Shown: positions 29,249-39,590, counted from the first letter of the stretch. The stretch is 64,000 nt of DNA from an uncultured Actinomycetota bacterium (GCA_963734355.1 CAVTHU010000044.1:86273-150272), one strand, 5' to 3'. The notes: generated by a model not told the origin, from the letters alone. Made by a program: numbers and translations.

Positions 29249-29724
29249 ATGAAGATGTCCGCTGGCGTCGAGTGGGCTGTGCACTGCTGCATCCTGCTGA
29301 GCCAGGCTGAGCAGCCCGTACCCGCGCAACGGCTGGCGGAGTTCCACGGTGTCTCGCGGACCTACCTGGCCAAGCACCTCCAGCTGCTGTCCCGGGCCGG
29401 GCTGGTGACCTCCAGCGAGGGCCGGGCCGGGGGCTACGCGCTCACCCGCCCCGCCGATCAGATCACCGCCCTCGACGTGGTGCTCGCGATCGAGGGCGAC
29501 GAGTCGACGTTCCGCTGCACGGAGATCCGCCAGAACGGCCCGTTGCCCGCGTCGCCCAGGCCTGCAAGCGAGCCTGCGGAGTCGCGCGGGTGATGTACGC
29601 CGCCGACCATGCGTGGCGTGCCTCCCTGGCAAGGGTGACCATCGCCGACATCGTCGGGACCGTCGAGCGGGACAACGGAAAGCAGACCTTCGTCAAGGCC
29701 CGGGGCTGGCTCGCCGCCGGCTGA
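29249..29724 (+). CDS. Rrf2-family Fe-S regulator (RsrR-like), frameshifted near 29558
   Basis: MKMSAGVEWAVHCC, YLAKHLQ, GGY.L, FRCTEIRQ; shifted frame continues ACKRACGVARVM...AWRASL...GWLAAG*. Confidence 0.85.
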
Positions 29725-29801
29725 GGTGGCTGCAGGCCGTGCGCCGCACCGGCGATCCTCAGCAGCCGGACCTCGGAGCCGTTGCTTCGGGCTGTGGACG
29801 G

Positions 29802-30886
29802 TTAGCGGATGGTGCCGACCCCCGGGATCAGCGGCAGGTCCAGCGGGGTCACCCAGCCGGGGCCGAGCTCGTTCACGGCCGGTACGGCGTTGAGCGCGCG
29901 CATGCCCGGTGGCCAGGCAGCCGGCCACGGCGGGGGCGCGACCGGAGCCGTCGGAGAACCGGAACGCCGTCTCCTGGCTGATCGAGGGCGAGCCGTCGAT
30001 GTCGACGCGGTAGACGTCGTCGCCGTTGCCCGAGGGCCAGTCCGGGGCCGCGTCGAGGCCGATCCGGTTCACGTGCTCGAGGCTGATCACCTCGCGGCCG
30101 TCGTACACGACCGTTGATGGTGAACCGGATCGCCGCGACGTTGCCGGGCTCGATGACACCCTTGGCGGTCTTGCGGGGAGCGTCGGTGACCCACTTGTCC
30201 CAGGTCGTGGTGATCTCGGACAGCTCGATGCCGGCGGCGTGCGCGATCATCGGCACCGTCGCACCCCACGCCATGATCAGCAGCTCCGGGATCTCCAGCA
30301 GGGGAGTGAACGACGGCGGGCGGCCGATGCCCATCTCGTCCTCGTAGTCGCCCTCGTAGTCGGTGTAGTCGAGCAGCTCCGACGCGCGCACCGACCGCAC
30401 CTCGCCGCACAGCCCCATCAGGGTCATCGGGAAGAGGTCGTTGGCGAACCCGGGGTCGATGCCGGTCGTGAAGCACGACGCGCCGCCCGCCTCGCACGCG
30501 GCGGTGATCGGGTCGACCCACGCGGCCGGCGTCTGCGTCATCGTCGGCCACACCCACGGCGTCATCGCGGTGGAGCAGACGTCGATGCCGGCGCGCAGGA
30601 ACGCCGACATCACCCGGATGTTCTCGTCGGCGTGCTGCGCGGTCGGGCCGTAGTGGACGAGCGCGTCCGGCGCCAGCGCGACCAGCTCGTCGACCGAGTC
30701 GGTGGCGAGCACGCCGGTGGGCTCGGCCAGGCCGCAGATGTCCGCCGCGTCGCGTCCGACCTTGTCGGGGTTGGAGACGCCGACGCCGACCAGCTCGAAC
30801 GCCGGGTGCTTCACGACCTCGGCGATCACCAGCTTGCCGACCACCCCGGTGCCCCAGATGACCACGCGCTTCTTCTCGAACGTCAT
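29802..30886 (-). CDS. Dihydrodipicolinate-reductase-like NAD(P) dehydrogenase, two frameshifts (~30115, ~29905)
   Basis: VIWGTGVVG, SNPDKVGRD, TGIDPGFAND, LEHVNRI, ending LDLPLIPGVGTIR*; ATGA overlap with the sulfotransferase. Confidence 0.75.
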
Positions 30887-32040
30887 CGGTCGAAGGCCTC
30901 CCTGACCTGGTCGTCGCTGAGCCCGTAGTCCTTGAGGGAGTACGAGTGCCTGGGCGCCGCGTGGCCGGACTTCGACTCGCGGTCGACCTCCTCGATCGCG
31001 GCCTGCGCCTCGGGCGTCCAGTCCAGCCCGAACTGCTCGTAGATCCCGCGGGTCACCCCGATCGGGTCGTCGCGCAGGTCCTTGAAGGCCACGTCGGCGA
31101 ACTGCGCCTGGTCGTACGCCGGGCGTGCGTCGTGGAACGCGTGGAACGCCCGCGACCACAGGTCGAGCTGGGTGTGGCCGATGACCCCGCCGACGTACGT
31201 CTCCGAGTGGCCGGCCGTCGTCTCCGCCGACAGCGAGGCGGACGAGGCGATGCACGTGACCGGGTCGCGGTGCGTGTAGACGATCAGCGCGTCCGGGTAG
31301 ACGGTCATCAGCGCGTCCAGGGCCGTCATGTGCGAGGGGTTCTTCAGGATCCAGCGCTTGTCGGGGTCGTTGAGCCCGACGAGCTGGAGGTTCTGCTTGT
31401 GCCGGGCGTAGGCGTCGGTCCAGTCCTGCGCCTGCAGCCACTGCGAGTAGCGGGGGAGGTTGGCGAGCGACTCGTAGGAGTTCGACTTCCCGGTCTGGCG
31501 CAGCAGCCGCCAGCACTCCTCCACGGTGGTCGCATCCATGTAGTGGATGCCCATGAAGTCCGGGCTCTCGTCGTGGTGTGCCGTGAACGCCTGCTGCATG
31601 GCGTTGAAGATCGGGTCCTGCTCCCAGGTCTCCCGTGGCGGCCGCGGCTGCGGGTACTGCGTCAGCCACATCTCCAGGCCCTGGGTGGCGGGGTCGGCGT
31701 GCAGGTAGCGGTGCAGCGCGGTGGTGCCGGTGCGGGGCAGGCCCATCAGGAAGACCGGTCGCTCGATCGGCACGTCGCGGTGCTCGGGGTGCGCGGCGAA
31801 CTGCGCCTGCGTGAGCAGTACGCCGACCAGCGCGCTCTTCACCTCCGAGCGCTGGAAGTAGTTGCCGCGCGGCGTCAGCCCCGCCTCGGGCGAGGCCAGG
31901 TCCTCGACCAGGACCCGCAGCCCTTCCTCGTGCGCGGTGCCGCCGAAGTCGGACATCCCGGTGGTGCGCACCGCGGCCGCGACGATGTCCTCGTAGGACC
32001 CGACGTCCGGGCGCTCGCGGACCATGATGTTGTCGCTCAT
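30883..32040 (-). CDS. Sulfotransferase-family protein (Rv3529c-like)
   Basis: 5'-PSB MGLPRTGTT, WILKNPSH, 3'-PB THRDP..ASS. Confidence 0.88.
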   Translation of the reverse strand: MSDNIMVRERPDVGSYEDIVAAAVRTTGMSDFGGTAHEEGLRVLVEDLASPEAGLTPRGNYFQRSEVKSALVGVLLTQAQFAAHPEHRDVPIERPVFLMGLPRTGTTALHRYLHADPATQGLEMWLTQYPQPRPPRETWEQDPIFNAMQQAFTAHHDESPDFMGIHYMDATTVEECWRLLRQTGKSNSYESLANLPRYSQWLQAQDWTDAYARHKQNLQLVGLNDPDKRWILKNPSHMTALDALMTVYPDALIVYTHRDPVTCIASSASLSAETTAGHSETYVGGVIGHTQLDLWSRAFHAFHDARPAYDQAQFADVAFKDLRDDPIGVTRGIYEQFGLDWTPEAQAAIEEVDRESKSGHAAPRHSYSLKDYGLSDDQVREAFDR

Positions 32041-32056
32041 GAGCGCCTCGGTGTCA

Positions 32057-32890
32057 TCAGTCGTGGAACTCGCCGCAGTCGACGGTGAGCATCTGGCCGG
32101 TGACGGCCGAGGCCAGGTCGGAGGCGAGGAACAGCGCGGCGCGGGCGACCTCCTCCGGCGACGCGAGCCGCTTGAGGTCGGTCGGGCCGGCCTTCTCGGC
32201 GTAGATGTCGTCGTGGGTGACCCCGGCCTCGGACGCCAGCCAGTCGAAGTAGCCCTTGTTGACGTCCTCGTAGATGTACGACGGCGCGACCGAGTTCACC
32301 CGGATGCCGCGCGGACCGAGCTCGGTGGCCAGCGACGACGCGAGGTGCTCCAGCGCGCCCTTGGAGAGCTTGTAGCCGGCGTACTCCGGCTGCGAGCTGA
32401 ACAGCACGCAGGAGTTCAGCATGATGATCGACCCGTTCGACGCGGCCAGCGCGTCGGCGAAGAGCGCCGAGAGCCGCAGCGGCGCGAAGACGTTGGTCTC
32501 GTTGGCGGCCCGCAGCGCCTCGACCGGGATCGTGGAGATCGGGTCCATCGGCGGGATGCCGAACGCGTTGTTGATCAGGCAGTCGACCCTGCCGAACTCC
32601 TCGACCGCCCGCTCGACCAGCGCCACCCGCGACTCCTCGTCGGTGATGTCGGTCGGTACGACGAGCGCGCGGCGGCCGTGCGAGCGGACCACCTCGGCCA
32701 TCTTCTCGAGGCGTCGCTCGGTGCGGCTGACGAGCACCAGGTCGGCGCCCATCCGGGCCGCCTCCTCGCCCAGCGAGCGGCCCAGGCCCGGGCCGACACC
32801 GGAGAGGACGACGACCTTGTCCTTCAGGAGGGGGACGGGCTCGTAGGCATCGGCGACGTCCGTCGCGTGGTGGGTCGAGGTGGTGGTCAC
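32057..32890 (-). CDS. SDR oxidoreductase (Rv3530c-like)
   Basis: SGVGPGLG, INNAF, YKLSK, IRVNSVAPSYI, TVDCGEFH. Confidence 0.88.
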   Translation of the reverse strand: MTTTSTHHATDVADAYEPVPLLKDKVVVLSGVGPGLGRSLGEEAARMGADLVLVSRTERRLEKMAEVVRSHGRRALVVPTDITDEESRVALVERAVEEFGRVDCLINNAFGIPPMDPISTIPVEALRAANETNVFAPLRLSALFADALAASNGSIIMLNSCVLFSSQPEYAGYKLSKGALEHLASSLATELGPRGIRVNSVAPSYIYEDVNKGYFDWLASEAGVTHDDIYAEKAGPTDLKRLASPEEVARAALFLASDLASAVTGQMLTVDCGEFHD

Positions 32891-32900
32891 TGCGCCAGAC

Positions 32901-32914
32901 TAGAACGTGTTCCA
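32901..32914. promoter_or_regulatory. KstR operator
   Basis: TAGAACGTGTTCCA matches TnnAACnnGTTnnA; overlaps a minus-strand TAGTCT -10 box. Confidence 0.8.
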
Positions 32915-32963
32915 GTTTTGGTCGAGAGTGGCGACCGTCCGATCGGCATCCTCTGGCCGGGCC

Positions 32964-33569
32964 ATGGATGTCTACTCGATCAAGGCGCTCGACCCGTCGA
33001 CGTGGGAGGACTTCGCGGCGACTGGTCGAGCGGAACCGGCGGGCTGTTCAGCGGGTGCTGGTGCGTCCACTTCCACCACGGTGTCCCCGACGGCCGCGGC
33101 GAGGACGAGCCGAACCGCGACTTCAAGCGACGCATGGTCCTGGCGGGCGTCGCGCACGCCGCGCTGGTCTACGACGGCGACCGACGCGGTGGCCTGGGCG
33201 GAGTACGGCACCCCGTGACGAGCTGCCCAACATCCACCACCGCAAGCAGTACGACGCGGAGACAACGCGTCGACTCGCCGCCGGACTACCGGATCACCTG
33301 CATCAACGTGGCCAAGTAGCCATCGCAGGCAGGGGCTCGGGCCGGCTGGCGCTCCGCGGCGCGGTCGACCTGATCGCGCAGGCCGGCGGCGGTGTGGTCG
33401 AGGGCTACCCGCACGACATGGCCATCGCGCGACCCGGCCAAGAAGATGAGCGACGTCGTTCCTCTACAACCTGACCCGGAAGTCCTACGAGGAGGCCGGC
33501 TTCACCTACGTCCGGCCCAAGGGCCAGCGGAACTGTGTGATGACGAAGGTGGTCGAGCCGCTCAGCTGA
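32964..33569 (+). pseudogene. GNAT acetyltransferase with several frameshifts (degraded or poorly sequenced)
   Basis: Fragments ALDPSTWEDF, FSGCWCVHFH, AVAWAEYG, PDYRITCI, GGVVEGYPHD, YEEAGF...KGQRNCVM are spread over three frames. Confidence 0.65.
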
Positions 33570-34711
33570 TCATCCGGCGCGCGACCGAGCGCTGCCGGGC
33601 GGCGATGCGCTGGCGGCGTACTCCTCGTCGTGATGGGCGAGTAGTGCGGCAGGTGCGCGCGTACGTCGGCGAACGGGACCACCTCGACCGTCGGGCCGTC
33701 GTCCTCCTGGGTGAGGTCGCGCTCGAGCCGCTGCCAGCGCAGCATCAGCGCGCCGGTGCGGTGGCCGGTGGTCTCGAGCCAGTTCGCGATCCCTGGGTTC
33801 TGTTGGGACACCACGAACCTCATGCGACCGTCGGGATCGGTGACCGCCTGCGCCTTGGTGAGCGAGGTCTGGTGGGTCTCGTAGTCGGTGGAGGCGTACC
33901 AGTCCGAGCCGACCTGGGCGCCCTGGTAGGAGCAGTCGTCGCAGCGCGGCACCGTGATCACCAGCGCCTGGTCGTCGGCGAGCTCGTAGTGGCCGATCGA
34001 CGACCGCTGCGAGGCCAGGCCGCCCGGCGTCGACTGCGGGGCGGTCAGGGTGTTGACCGGCTCCTTGTACTGGAAGAACTGCGGGAAGGCGAACCACGTC
34101 TGGATGGAGCCGACCAGCGAGCGCGCGGCGACGTCGTACTTCTTCGCGAGCAGGTCGCGGGTCAGCTCCTTCGCCGGCTGGCCGAGCCGGTCGGCGCGCT
34201 CGATGGTGAGGATGCCGCGCTCCTCGGTGTCCCAGTCGTTGAAGACCTCGCGGACGATCATCGACTTCGCGCCGGGCTCGGCGACGTAGGTGAACTCGAA
34301 GCTCCCGTCCGGCCGAACGTCGAGCTCGCGGTCGTCGAACGCCATCAGGGAGGTGGCGGCCGAGTCGGCGGTGTACTGCCCGCCCATGACCTGGAACGAC
34401 AGGTCCGCGCTGGTGCCGCGGCGGCCGCGGACGACGTACTCGACGCCCTCGCGCAGGAACGCGTTGAAGTAGATCGCGTCGGGGTTGTCGAGCCCCTGCC
34501 GGGAGAACTGGTGGGTCGGGTTCACGAACAGCGGCCGGTCGAGGTCGTAGTCGAAGGCCATCTGCATCGCCATCCGGATCCGGCCGGCGAGGTAGTCGTA
34601 GCCCTCGAGCCGGTCCTGCTCCGTCTTGATGAACGGCGCGTTCGCGATCAGCTCCTCCGCCTCGGCGATCGCGTCCTGGAGGGCCTTGGTGAGCCCGTAG
34701 CTCTCGCTCAT
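33562..34711 (-). CDS. Rv3531c-like/DUF1214-type hypothetical protein, 3' frameshift near 33610
   Basis: RQGLDNPDAIYF, GTSADLSFQV, IVREVFNDW, NPGIANWLETTGH..LRWQ; synteny with SDR and sulfotransferase. Confidence 0.75.
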
Positions 34712-34729
34712 GCCGCCGCCCTCCGCTCG

Positions 34730-34803
34730 CTTGTAACTAACCGTTCTGTCGTCTTCCATGCGGCTACAACCGCATGGAAGAGGCTGTAACGGTTAGTTAC
34801 AAG
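34730..34803. repeat. 74-bp AT-rich hairpin (MITE/REP-like)
   Basis: CTTGTAACTAACCGTT...AACGGTTAGTTACAAG perfect 16-bp ends, inner TCTTCCATGCGG/CCGCATGGAAGA stem. Confidence 0.75.
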
Positions 34804-34823
34804 TGCCGAGCCGACCGCGACGG

Positions 34824-35702
34824 TCACCCGTTGGCCTTGCTGATGATGGTCTCGGCGTAGCGCTCGAGGTGCTCGATCTTCTTCTCGAGCGGCTCGGTGT
34901 CGGGGCCCTTGATGTAGGGCACCCGGAAGCCGACGATGCAGTCGGTGACGCCCTTGTCCTCGAGCCGCTTGATGCCGTCGAGGTCGTAGGCGTCGTAGGA
35001 GATGACGTGCACCTCGAAGTCGTCGCGGGTGTCGCCCTCCTCCGTGCGGATCTCGGCGAGCCGGGTGAGCAGCCGGTCGAGCTCCTCGCCGTCGCCGCCG
35101 GCGTGCATCCAGCCGTCGCCCTTCAGCACCGCGCGGCGCAGCGCGTCGTCGACGTGGCCGCCGACGAGCAGCGGGATCTGCTCGGTCGGCGCCGGGCACT
35201 GCTTCAGCGGCTCGATCTCGTAGAAGTCTCCCGAGTAGCCGAAGAAGTCGCCAGAAGTGAGGCCGCGCAGGATGTCCATGCACTCGTCCATCCGCTTGCC
35301 GCGCTTCTCCCACGAGACGCCGAGCGCCGCGAAGTCCTCGGGCCAGGGCGAGATGCCGACGCCGAGTCCGAGCCGGTTGCCGGAGAGGTAGGCGATGCTG
35401 CTCGCCTGCTTGGCGACCAGCACCGGCGGTCGCACCGGCAGCTTGAGCACGAACGGCGTGAGCCGCAGGGTGGTCGTCACCGCGAACAGGTGCGCGCACA
35501 GCACCATCGTCTCGATGAACTCCTTGCCGTCGAGGAACTCCCGGTCCCCGGTGTCGGTGTAGGGGTACTTCGAGTCGGACTCCTGCGGGTAGATCAGGCT
35601 GTCGGCCACGGTCATGCTCGTGTAGCCGGCGGCCTCCGCGGCCTGCGCCAGAGGTGCGTAGAACGTCGCCTGCGTCATCGCCTCGGCATAGGTGAACCGC
35701 AT
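34824..35702 (-). CDS. LLM-class (probably F420-dependent) oxidoreductase
   Basis: AQAAEAAGY..VADS, RPPVLVAKQASS..SGNRLGLGVG..PWPEDF, LLVGGH, GDGW. Confidence 0.88.
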   Translation of the reverse strand: MRFTYAEAMTQATFYAPLAQAAEAAGYTSMTVADSLIYPQESDSKYPYTDTGDREFLDGKEFIETMVLCAHLFAVTTTLRLTPFVLKLPVRPPVLVAKQASSIAYLSGNRLGLGVGISPWPEDFAALGVSWEKRGKRMDECMDILRGLTSGDFFGYSGDFYEIEPLKQCPAPTEQIPLLVGGHVDDALRRAVLKGDGWMHAGGDGEELDRLLTRLAEIRTEEGDTRDDFEVHVISYDAYDLDGIKRLEDKGVTDCIVGFRVPYIKGPDTEPLEKKIEHLERYAETIISKANG

Positions 35703-35713
35703 GGCCGCAAGAC

Positions 35714-35727
35714 TAGAACGTGTTTCA
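35714..35727. promoter_or_regulatory. KstR operator
   Basis: TAGAACGTGTTTCA; 30-bp context nearly identical to the 32901 site. Confidence 0.8.
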
Positions 35728-36505
35728 GTTTTGGTCGAGCCCCAGCCGGTCGGTGAGGAACGCGACGAGGTCCAGCGCGGCCCGGTCGTCGAGCATGTGG
35801 TCGGCGTTCTCGTAGCTGACGCTGCGGGCCAGCGGGGTCGCCCGTTCGTATGCCGCCCGCGACTCCGCGGTCACGAACGTGTCGTTGCCCGCCCACTGGA
35901 GCAGCATCCGGTCGCCGAGCCGGCCGGCCAGCCGGTCGACGGCGTCGATGGGCTCGAGGTCGGCGAAGCGGGCGGCGTACTCCTTGCGGGCGTCGTCGTC
36001 GAGCTTGAGCCAGTACGACGCGAACCAGTTCTCCCAGGAGGTGTCCGGTGCCTGGAGGGCGACCGCCGAGATCCGCTCGTCGCGGTCGGCGAGCAGGACG
36101 CCGTACATCCCGCCGTAGTCGTGGCCGACCAGGGCGATCCGTGCGGGGTCGACCCCGGGCTGGGCCGCGAGGTGGTCGAGCGCGGCCGCGTGCGCGTCCA
36201 CCTGGTCGCGCACGCGCTGGACGTCCGTGGCGGTGCCGTCCGGGTCGGGGACCCACGGGAAGTGTCCCGCCGGTAGCAGCGAGACGACACCGCGCGCGGC
36301 GAGCGCGACCGCGAGCGGCAGGAACTCGCCACGGTCGTTGTGCCGGTGGCCCAGCCAGTGCAGCCAGAGGACCGCCGGCCGCGGCCACCGTTCGTCGTCC
36401 TCCGTGACCAGCCAGGCACGGGCAGCGTGGTCCTGGCCGGCGCACGGGGAGCGGGACGTCGACGATCCTGACATCGCCTGGGACGGCCGCGGGTGTCGCA
36501 CTCAC
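35725..36505 (-). CDS. Alpha/beta hydrolase-fold protein (probable 5' frameshift near 36442)
   Basis: AVLWLHWLG, GVDPARIALVGHDYGG, QWAGNDTFV, ADH. Confidence 0.7.
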
Positions 36506-36564
36506 GGGATGAGTGAACCGTCAGTAGCATGAATCGTCAAGCAACTGACGAAAGGAGGACCCGC

Positions 36565-37104
36565 GTGGCAGTCACCGACCTCGACCTCGCGGTGCTCCTC
36601 CTCAACTCGGTGGACCTGCTCGAGGAGCCGGCCGACCGGATGGCCGACGACCTCGGCTGGTGGCGCCGGGCCCTCGCCCGCAACGGCCTCGACGAGCTCG
36701 CCGCCGCACAGCGCGACGAGGACCTGCCGATGCTCCAGGCGCTGCGCGGAACGATCCGGTCGGTCTTCGAGAGCGCGGACGCCGACGAGGCCCGGGCGGT
36801 GCTCAACGCCGGACTCCTCGAGGCCGGTGCGGTGGTCCAGGTGGGACCCGAAGGGCTCGGCGTGATCGGCACCGGTTCCGGGGGCGACCTGCCCGCCCGC
36901 CTGCTGGTCGCGGTGGCCACTCAGGTCGCCGGGCACGGCGTCGCTCGGCTCGGGATCTGCGCCAGCGACCCGTGCCGCTGCGCGTACGTCGACCAGACCC
37001 GCGGCGGCACCCGGCGCTACTGCTGCACGCTCTGCAACGACCGGGCCGCGGCCCGCGCGTACCGCCGCCGCCGCAGGGACCTGCAGGATGAGACCCGATC
37101 GTGA
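36565..37104 (+). CDS. CGNR zinc-finger/ABATE domain protein
   Basis: RLGICASDPC..YVDQTRGGTRRYCCTLCNDRAAARAYRRR; AAGGAGG RBS. Confidence 0.88.
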   Translation: MAVTDLDLAVLLLNSVDLLEEPADRMADDLGWWRRALARNGLDELAAAQRDEDLPMLQALRGTIRSVFESADADEARAVLNAGLLEAGAVVQVGPEGLGVIGTGSGGDLPARLLVAVATQVAGHGVARLGICASDPCRCAYVDQTRGGTRRYCCTLCNDRAAARAYRRRRRDLQDETRS

Positions 37105-37148
37105 TCGGCGGCTGACAACCGCGCAGACCGCCCGAGCGTCTAGGAGGC

Positions 37149-37598
37149 GTGTCCCCTTCCCGGCTCCTCGCCCCGGTCGTCCCCCTGCTCGTTGCGGCGT
37201 TCCTCGCCGCCACCCTGGTCCCGGTCGCTGACGCCAGCGGAGCGGACGAGCCGGTGCTCGGCTCACCGGGACATCTCGCCCCGGAGGCCAGGGGTTGGGG
37301 CAAGGCGCATCCGCAGCACGTGTTCAACGGCGGCGACCCGTCCGGCGAGGTGGCGAAGCTCGAGTGGCGGCACTGGGGCGCCGCCACCGCGAAGGGCCGC
37401 GGCGTGACCTGGCTGCTCCGTCCCGAGGGCGGCTACTACGCGCGTCCCGGCCGGATCGTGCTCCGCGCCGAGGGGCTCGGCACCTGCCAGGACGGCACGG
37501 CGGCGTACACCCGGCTGGAGTTCCGCGTGGCGCACCGACCCGGTGGCCAGGTCGGCAAGCACTGGCACCTCTGGGCGGGCGACGGCGACATCTGCTGA
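37149..37598 (+). CDS. Secreted hypothetical protein
   Basis: Signal peptide, FNGGDPSG..LEWRHWG motif, two Cys; AGGAGG RBS. Confidence 0.7.
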   Translation: MSPSRLLAPVVPLLVAAFLAATLVPVADASGADEPVLGSPGHLAPEARGWGKAHPQHVFNGGDPSGEVAKLEWRHWGAATAKGRGVTWLLRPEGGYYARPGRIVLRAEGLGTCQDGTAAYTRLEFRVAHRPGGQVGKHWHLWAGDGDIC

Positions 37599-37634
37599 CG
37601 TCTCGAGACGAGGCTGGGAGGCGACCATGCTCCC

Positions 37635-37648
37635 TAGAACGCGTTTCA
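37635..37648. promoter_or_regulatory. KstR operator
   Basis: TAGAACGCGTTTCA 22 nt upstream of the NTF2 gene. Confidence 0.7.
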
Positions 37649-37670
37649 GTTCTGTGCGATCCTGCCCGGC

Positions 37671-38096
37671 GTGGACCTGCAGGAGCTGAGCGACCGCGCC
37701 GAGATCACCGACGTCCTGATCCGCTACACGCGCGCCATCGACACCGGGGACTGGGACCGGCTCGACACGGTGTTCACGCCGGACGCGCAGATCGACTACA
37801 CGGAGTCCGGCGGGATCGCCGCGGCCTTCCCGGAGGTGAAGCCGTGGCTGGCCGAGATGCTGCCGGCGTTCTTCCCGAAGCGGATGCACACCCTCGGCCA
37901 GGTGGAGATCCGGCTCGACGGGGACAGCGCCGAGGTGTCGGCGTACTTCCACAACCCGATGCCGATGGACGACGGTAGGGGCGGCAGCAAGCTGGTCGAG
38001 TTCGGCGGGATCTACCACCACACGATGACGCGGACCCCGGACGGCTGGCGCAGTCGGCAGCTGCGCGAAGAAGTGGTCTGGAAGCAGAACATCTGA
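37671..38096 (+). CDS. NTF2/SnoaL-like protein
   Basis: LSDRAEI..RYTRAIDTGDW..VFTPDA, GGIY..RTPDGWR. Confidence 0.85.
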   Translation: MDLQELSDRAEITDVLIRYTRAIDTGDWDRLDTVFTPDAQIDYTESGGIAAAFPEVKPWLAEMLPAFFPKRMHTLGQVEIRLDGDSAEVSAYFHNPMPMDDGRGGSKLVEFGGIYHHTMTRTPDGWRSRQLREEVVWKQNI

Positions 38097-38581
38097 TGGG
38101 TCTCCCGGAGGAGCGCCCCGACGGGCTGGACTCGCCGGGAGCGGTGCGCTTCATCAAGCTGATGTCGCGCACCCAGGTGCGCGTCTTCAAGCTCACCCAC
38201 GGTCACGTGGGCAACAAGTGGCGGATCGGTGCCGGCTGGAAGAAGCCGGTGCCGACCCTGCTCCTCACCCACGTCGGCCGGAAGTCCGGCAAGGAGTTCG
38301 AGACGCCGCTGCTCTACCTCGACGACGGACCGGACCTCGTGGTCGTCGCGTCGCAGGGCGGGCTGCCGAAGAACCCGCAGTGGTACGCCAACCTGCGGGC
38401 GCACCCCGACACGACGGTCAGCCTCAAGGGCGAGCGTGACCGGCCGGTGCGCGCCCGCACCGCGACCGCCGACGAGCGCGCGGCCCTCTGGCCGCGGCTG
38501 GTCGAGCTCTACGCCGACTTCGCGAAGTACCAGAAGTGGACCGACCGGGAGATCCCGGTGGTGGTCCTGGAGCCCAGGTAG
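38096..38581 (+). CDS. Deazaflavin (F420)-dependent nitroreductase (Ddn family)
   Basis: LLLTHVGRKSG..TPL, VVASQGG..NPQWYANL, YQKWTDREIPVVVL. Confidence 0.92.
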   Translation: MGLPEERPDGLDSPGAVRFIKLMSRTQVRVFKLTHGHVGNKWRIGAGWKKPVPTLLLTHVGRKSGKEFETPLLYLDDGPDLVVVASQGGLPKNPQWYANLRAHPDTTVSLKGERDRPVRARTATADERAALWPRLVELYADFAKYQKWTDREIPVVVLEPR

Positions 38582-38589
38582 GAGACCGG

Positions 38590-39069
38590 ATGCCAGCGTT
38601 CACGAGGGCCGAGCTCGAGGCCGCACTCGCCCACTACACGACCGTGGTCCAGCGCTGCTCGGCCACCGGCGACTGGAGCCCGTTCGCGGACCTGTTCACC
38701 GAGGACGTGCGCTACGTCGAGCACGCGTACGGCGAGCTGCTCGGCCGCGAGGCGGTGCGGGAGTGGATCCAGCAGGTGATGGCGCCGTTCCCGCACATGC
38801 GGTTCCCGCAGGGCTGGACGGCGTACGACGACGAGGACGGCGCGGTCGTGATGCTCATCAAGAACCAGCTCGACCACCCGACCGACCCGGACGGCGAGCC
38901 GTTCTGGTTCCCGAACTGGACCCGGCTCGTCTACGCCGGCGAGAACCGCTGGTCCTCGGAGGAGGACATCTACAACCCGCGGCGCGACGCCGCCCGCGTG
39001 GTCGGCGCCTGGCTGGCCGCCGGAGGGAAGCTCGCCACCGACGAGATCCCGCGCCCGCAGCACGGCTGA
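38590..39069 (+). CDS. NTF2/SnoaL-like protein
   Basis: GDWSPFADLFTEDVRYVEHAYG..GREAV, EEDIYNP. Confidence 0.8.
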   Translation: MPAFTRAELEAALAHYTTVVQRCSATGDWSPFADLFTEDVRYVEHAYGELLGREAVREWIQQVMAPFPHMRFPQGWTAYDDEDGAVVMLIKNQLDHPTDPDGEPFWFPNWTRLVYAGENRWSSEEDIYNPRRDAARVVGAWLAAGGKLATDEIPRPQHG

Positions 39070-39077
39070 CGGCAGGC

Positions 39078-39590
39078 TCAGGCCGGCCTGACCGGCAGGT
39101 CGCCGACGTTCGCGAACAGCTGGCCGTAGAGGGTCGCGACCGCCATGTCGGTCTTGAGCATCGGCGTCCAGTGGTCGCCGGCCTTGTCGTAGTCCTCGCG
39201 GGTGTGGCCCAGCGCCGTCACCACCCGGCCGACCAGGGCGTCGTCCTCGTTCGCCCAGCCCACCGCCTTGGCGGCCACGGCGAACGCCACGAGCGGCATG
39301 CCGACCGGCGTGAGCCTCGGGTCCTCGGGTGCGAACCCGGTCTCCGGGTAGACGGTCTCGAGCGCCGCCTGACGGACCTGCTCCATCTCGGCGACGTCGG
39401 CCGCGCTCGCCGTCGCGCCGCCGGACGGCAGCGGGTGGGCGGTCGCGGAGGCGGCGATCGCGGCCAGGTCGTCGGGCGTGAAGCCCAGGCCGCGGGCGGT
39501 GAGGTCGCTCTTGTACTGCGCCACCCACGCCCCCGCCTGCGCCATGATCGCCTGAATGGCGCGGCCCATGGCCGCGGGGTCCTGAGGCAT
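39078..39590 (-). CDS. Hypothetical protein
   Basis: High-GC3 ORF filling the gap; no motif recognised. Confidence 0.6.
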   Translation of the reverse strand: MPQDPAAMGRAIQAIMAQAGAWVAQYKSDLTARGLGFTPDDLAAIAASATAHPLPSGGATASAADVAEMEQVRQAALETVYPETGFAPEDPRLTPVGMPLVAFAVAAKAVGWANEDDALVGRVVTALGHTREDYDKAGDHWTPMLKTDMAVATLYGQLFANVGDLPVRPA

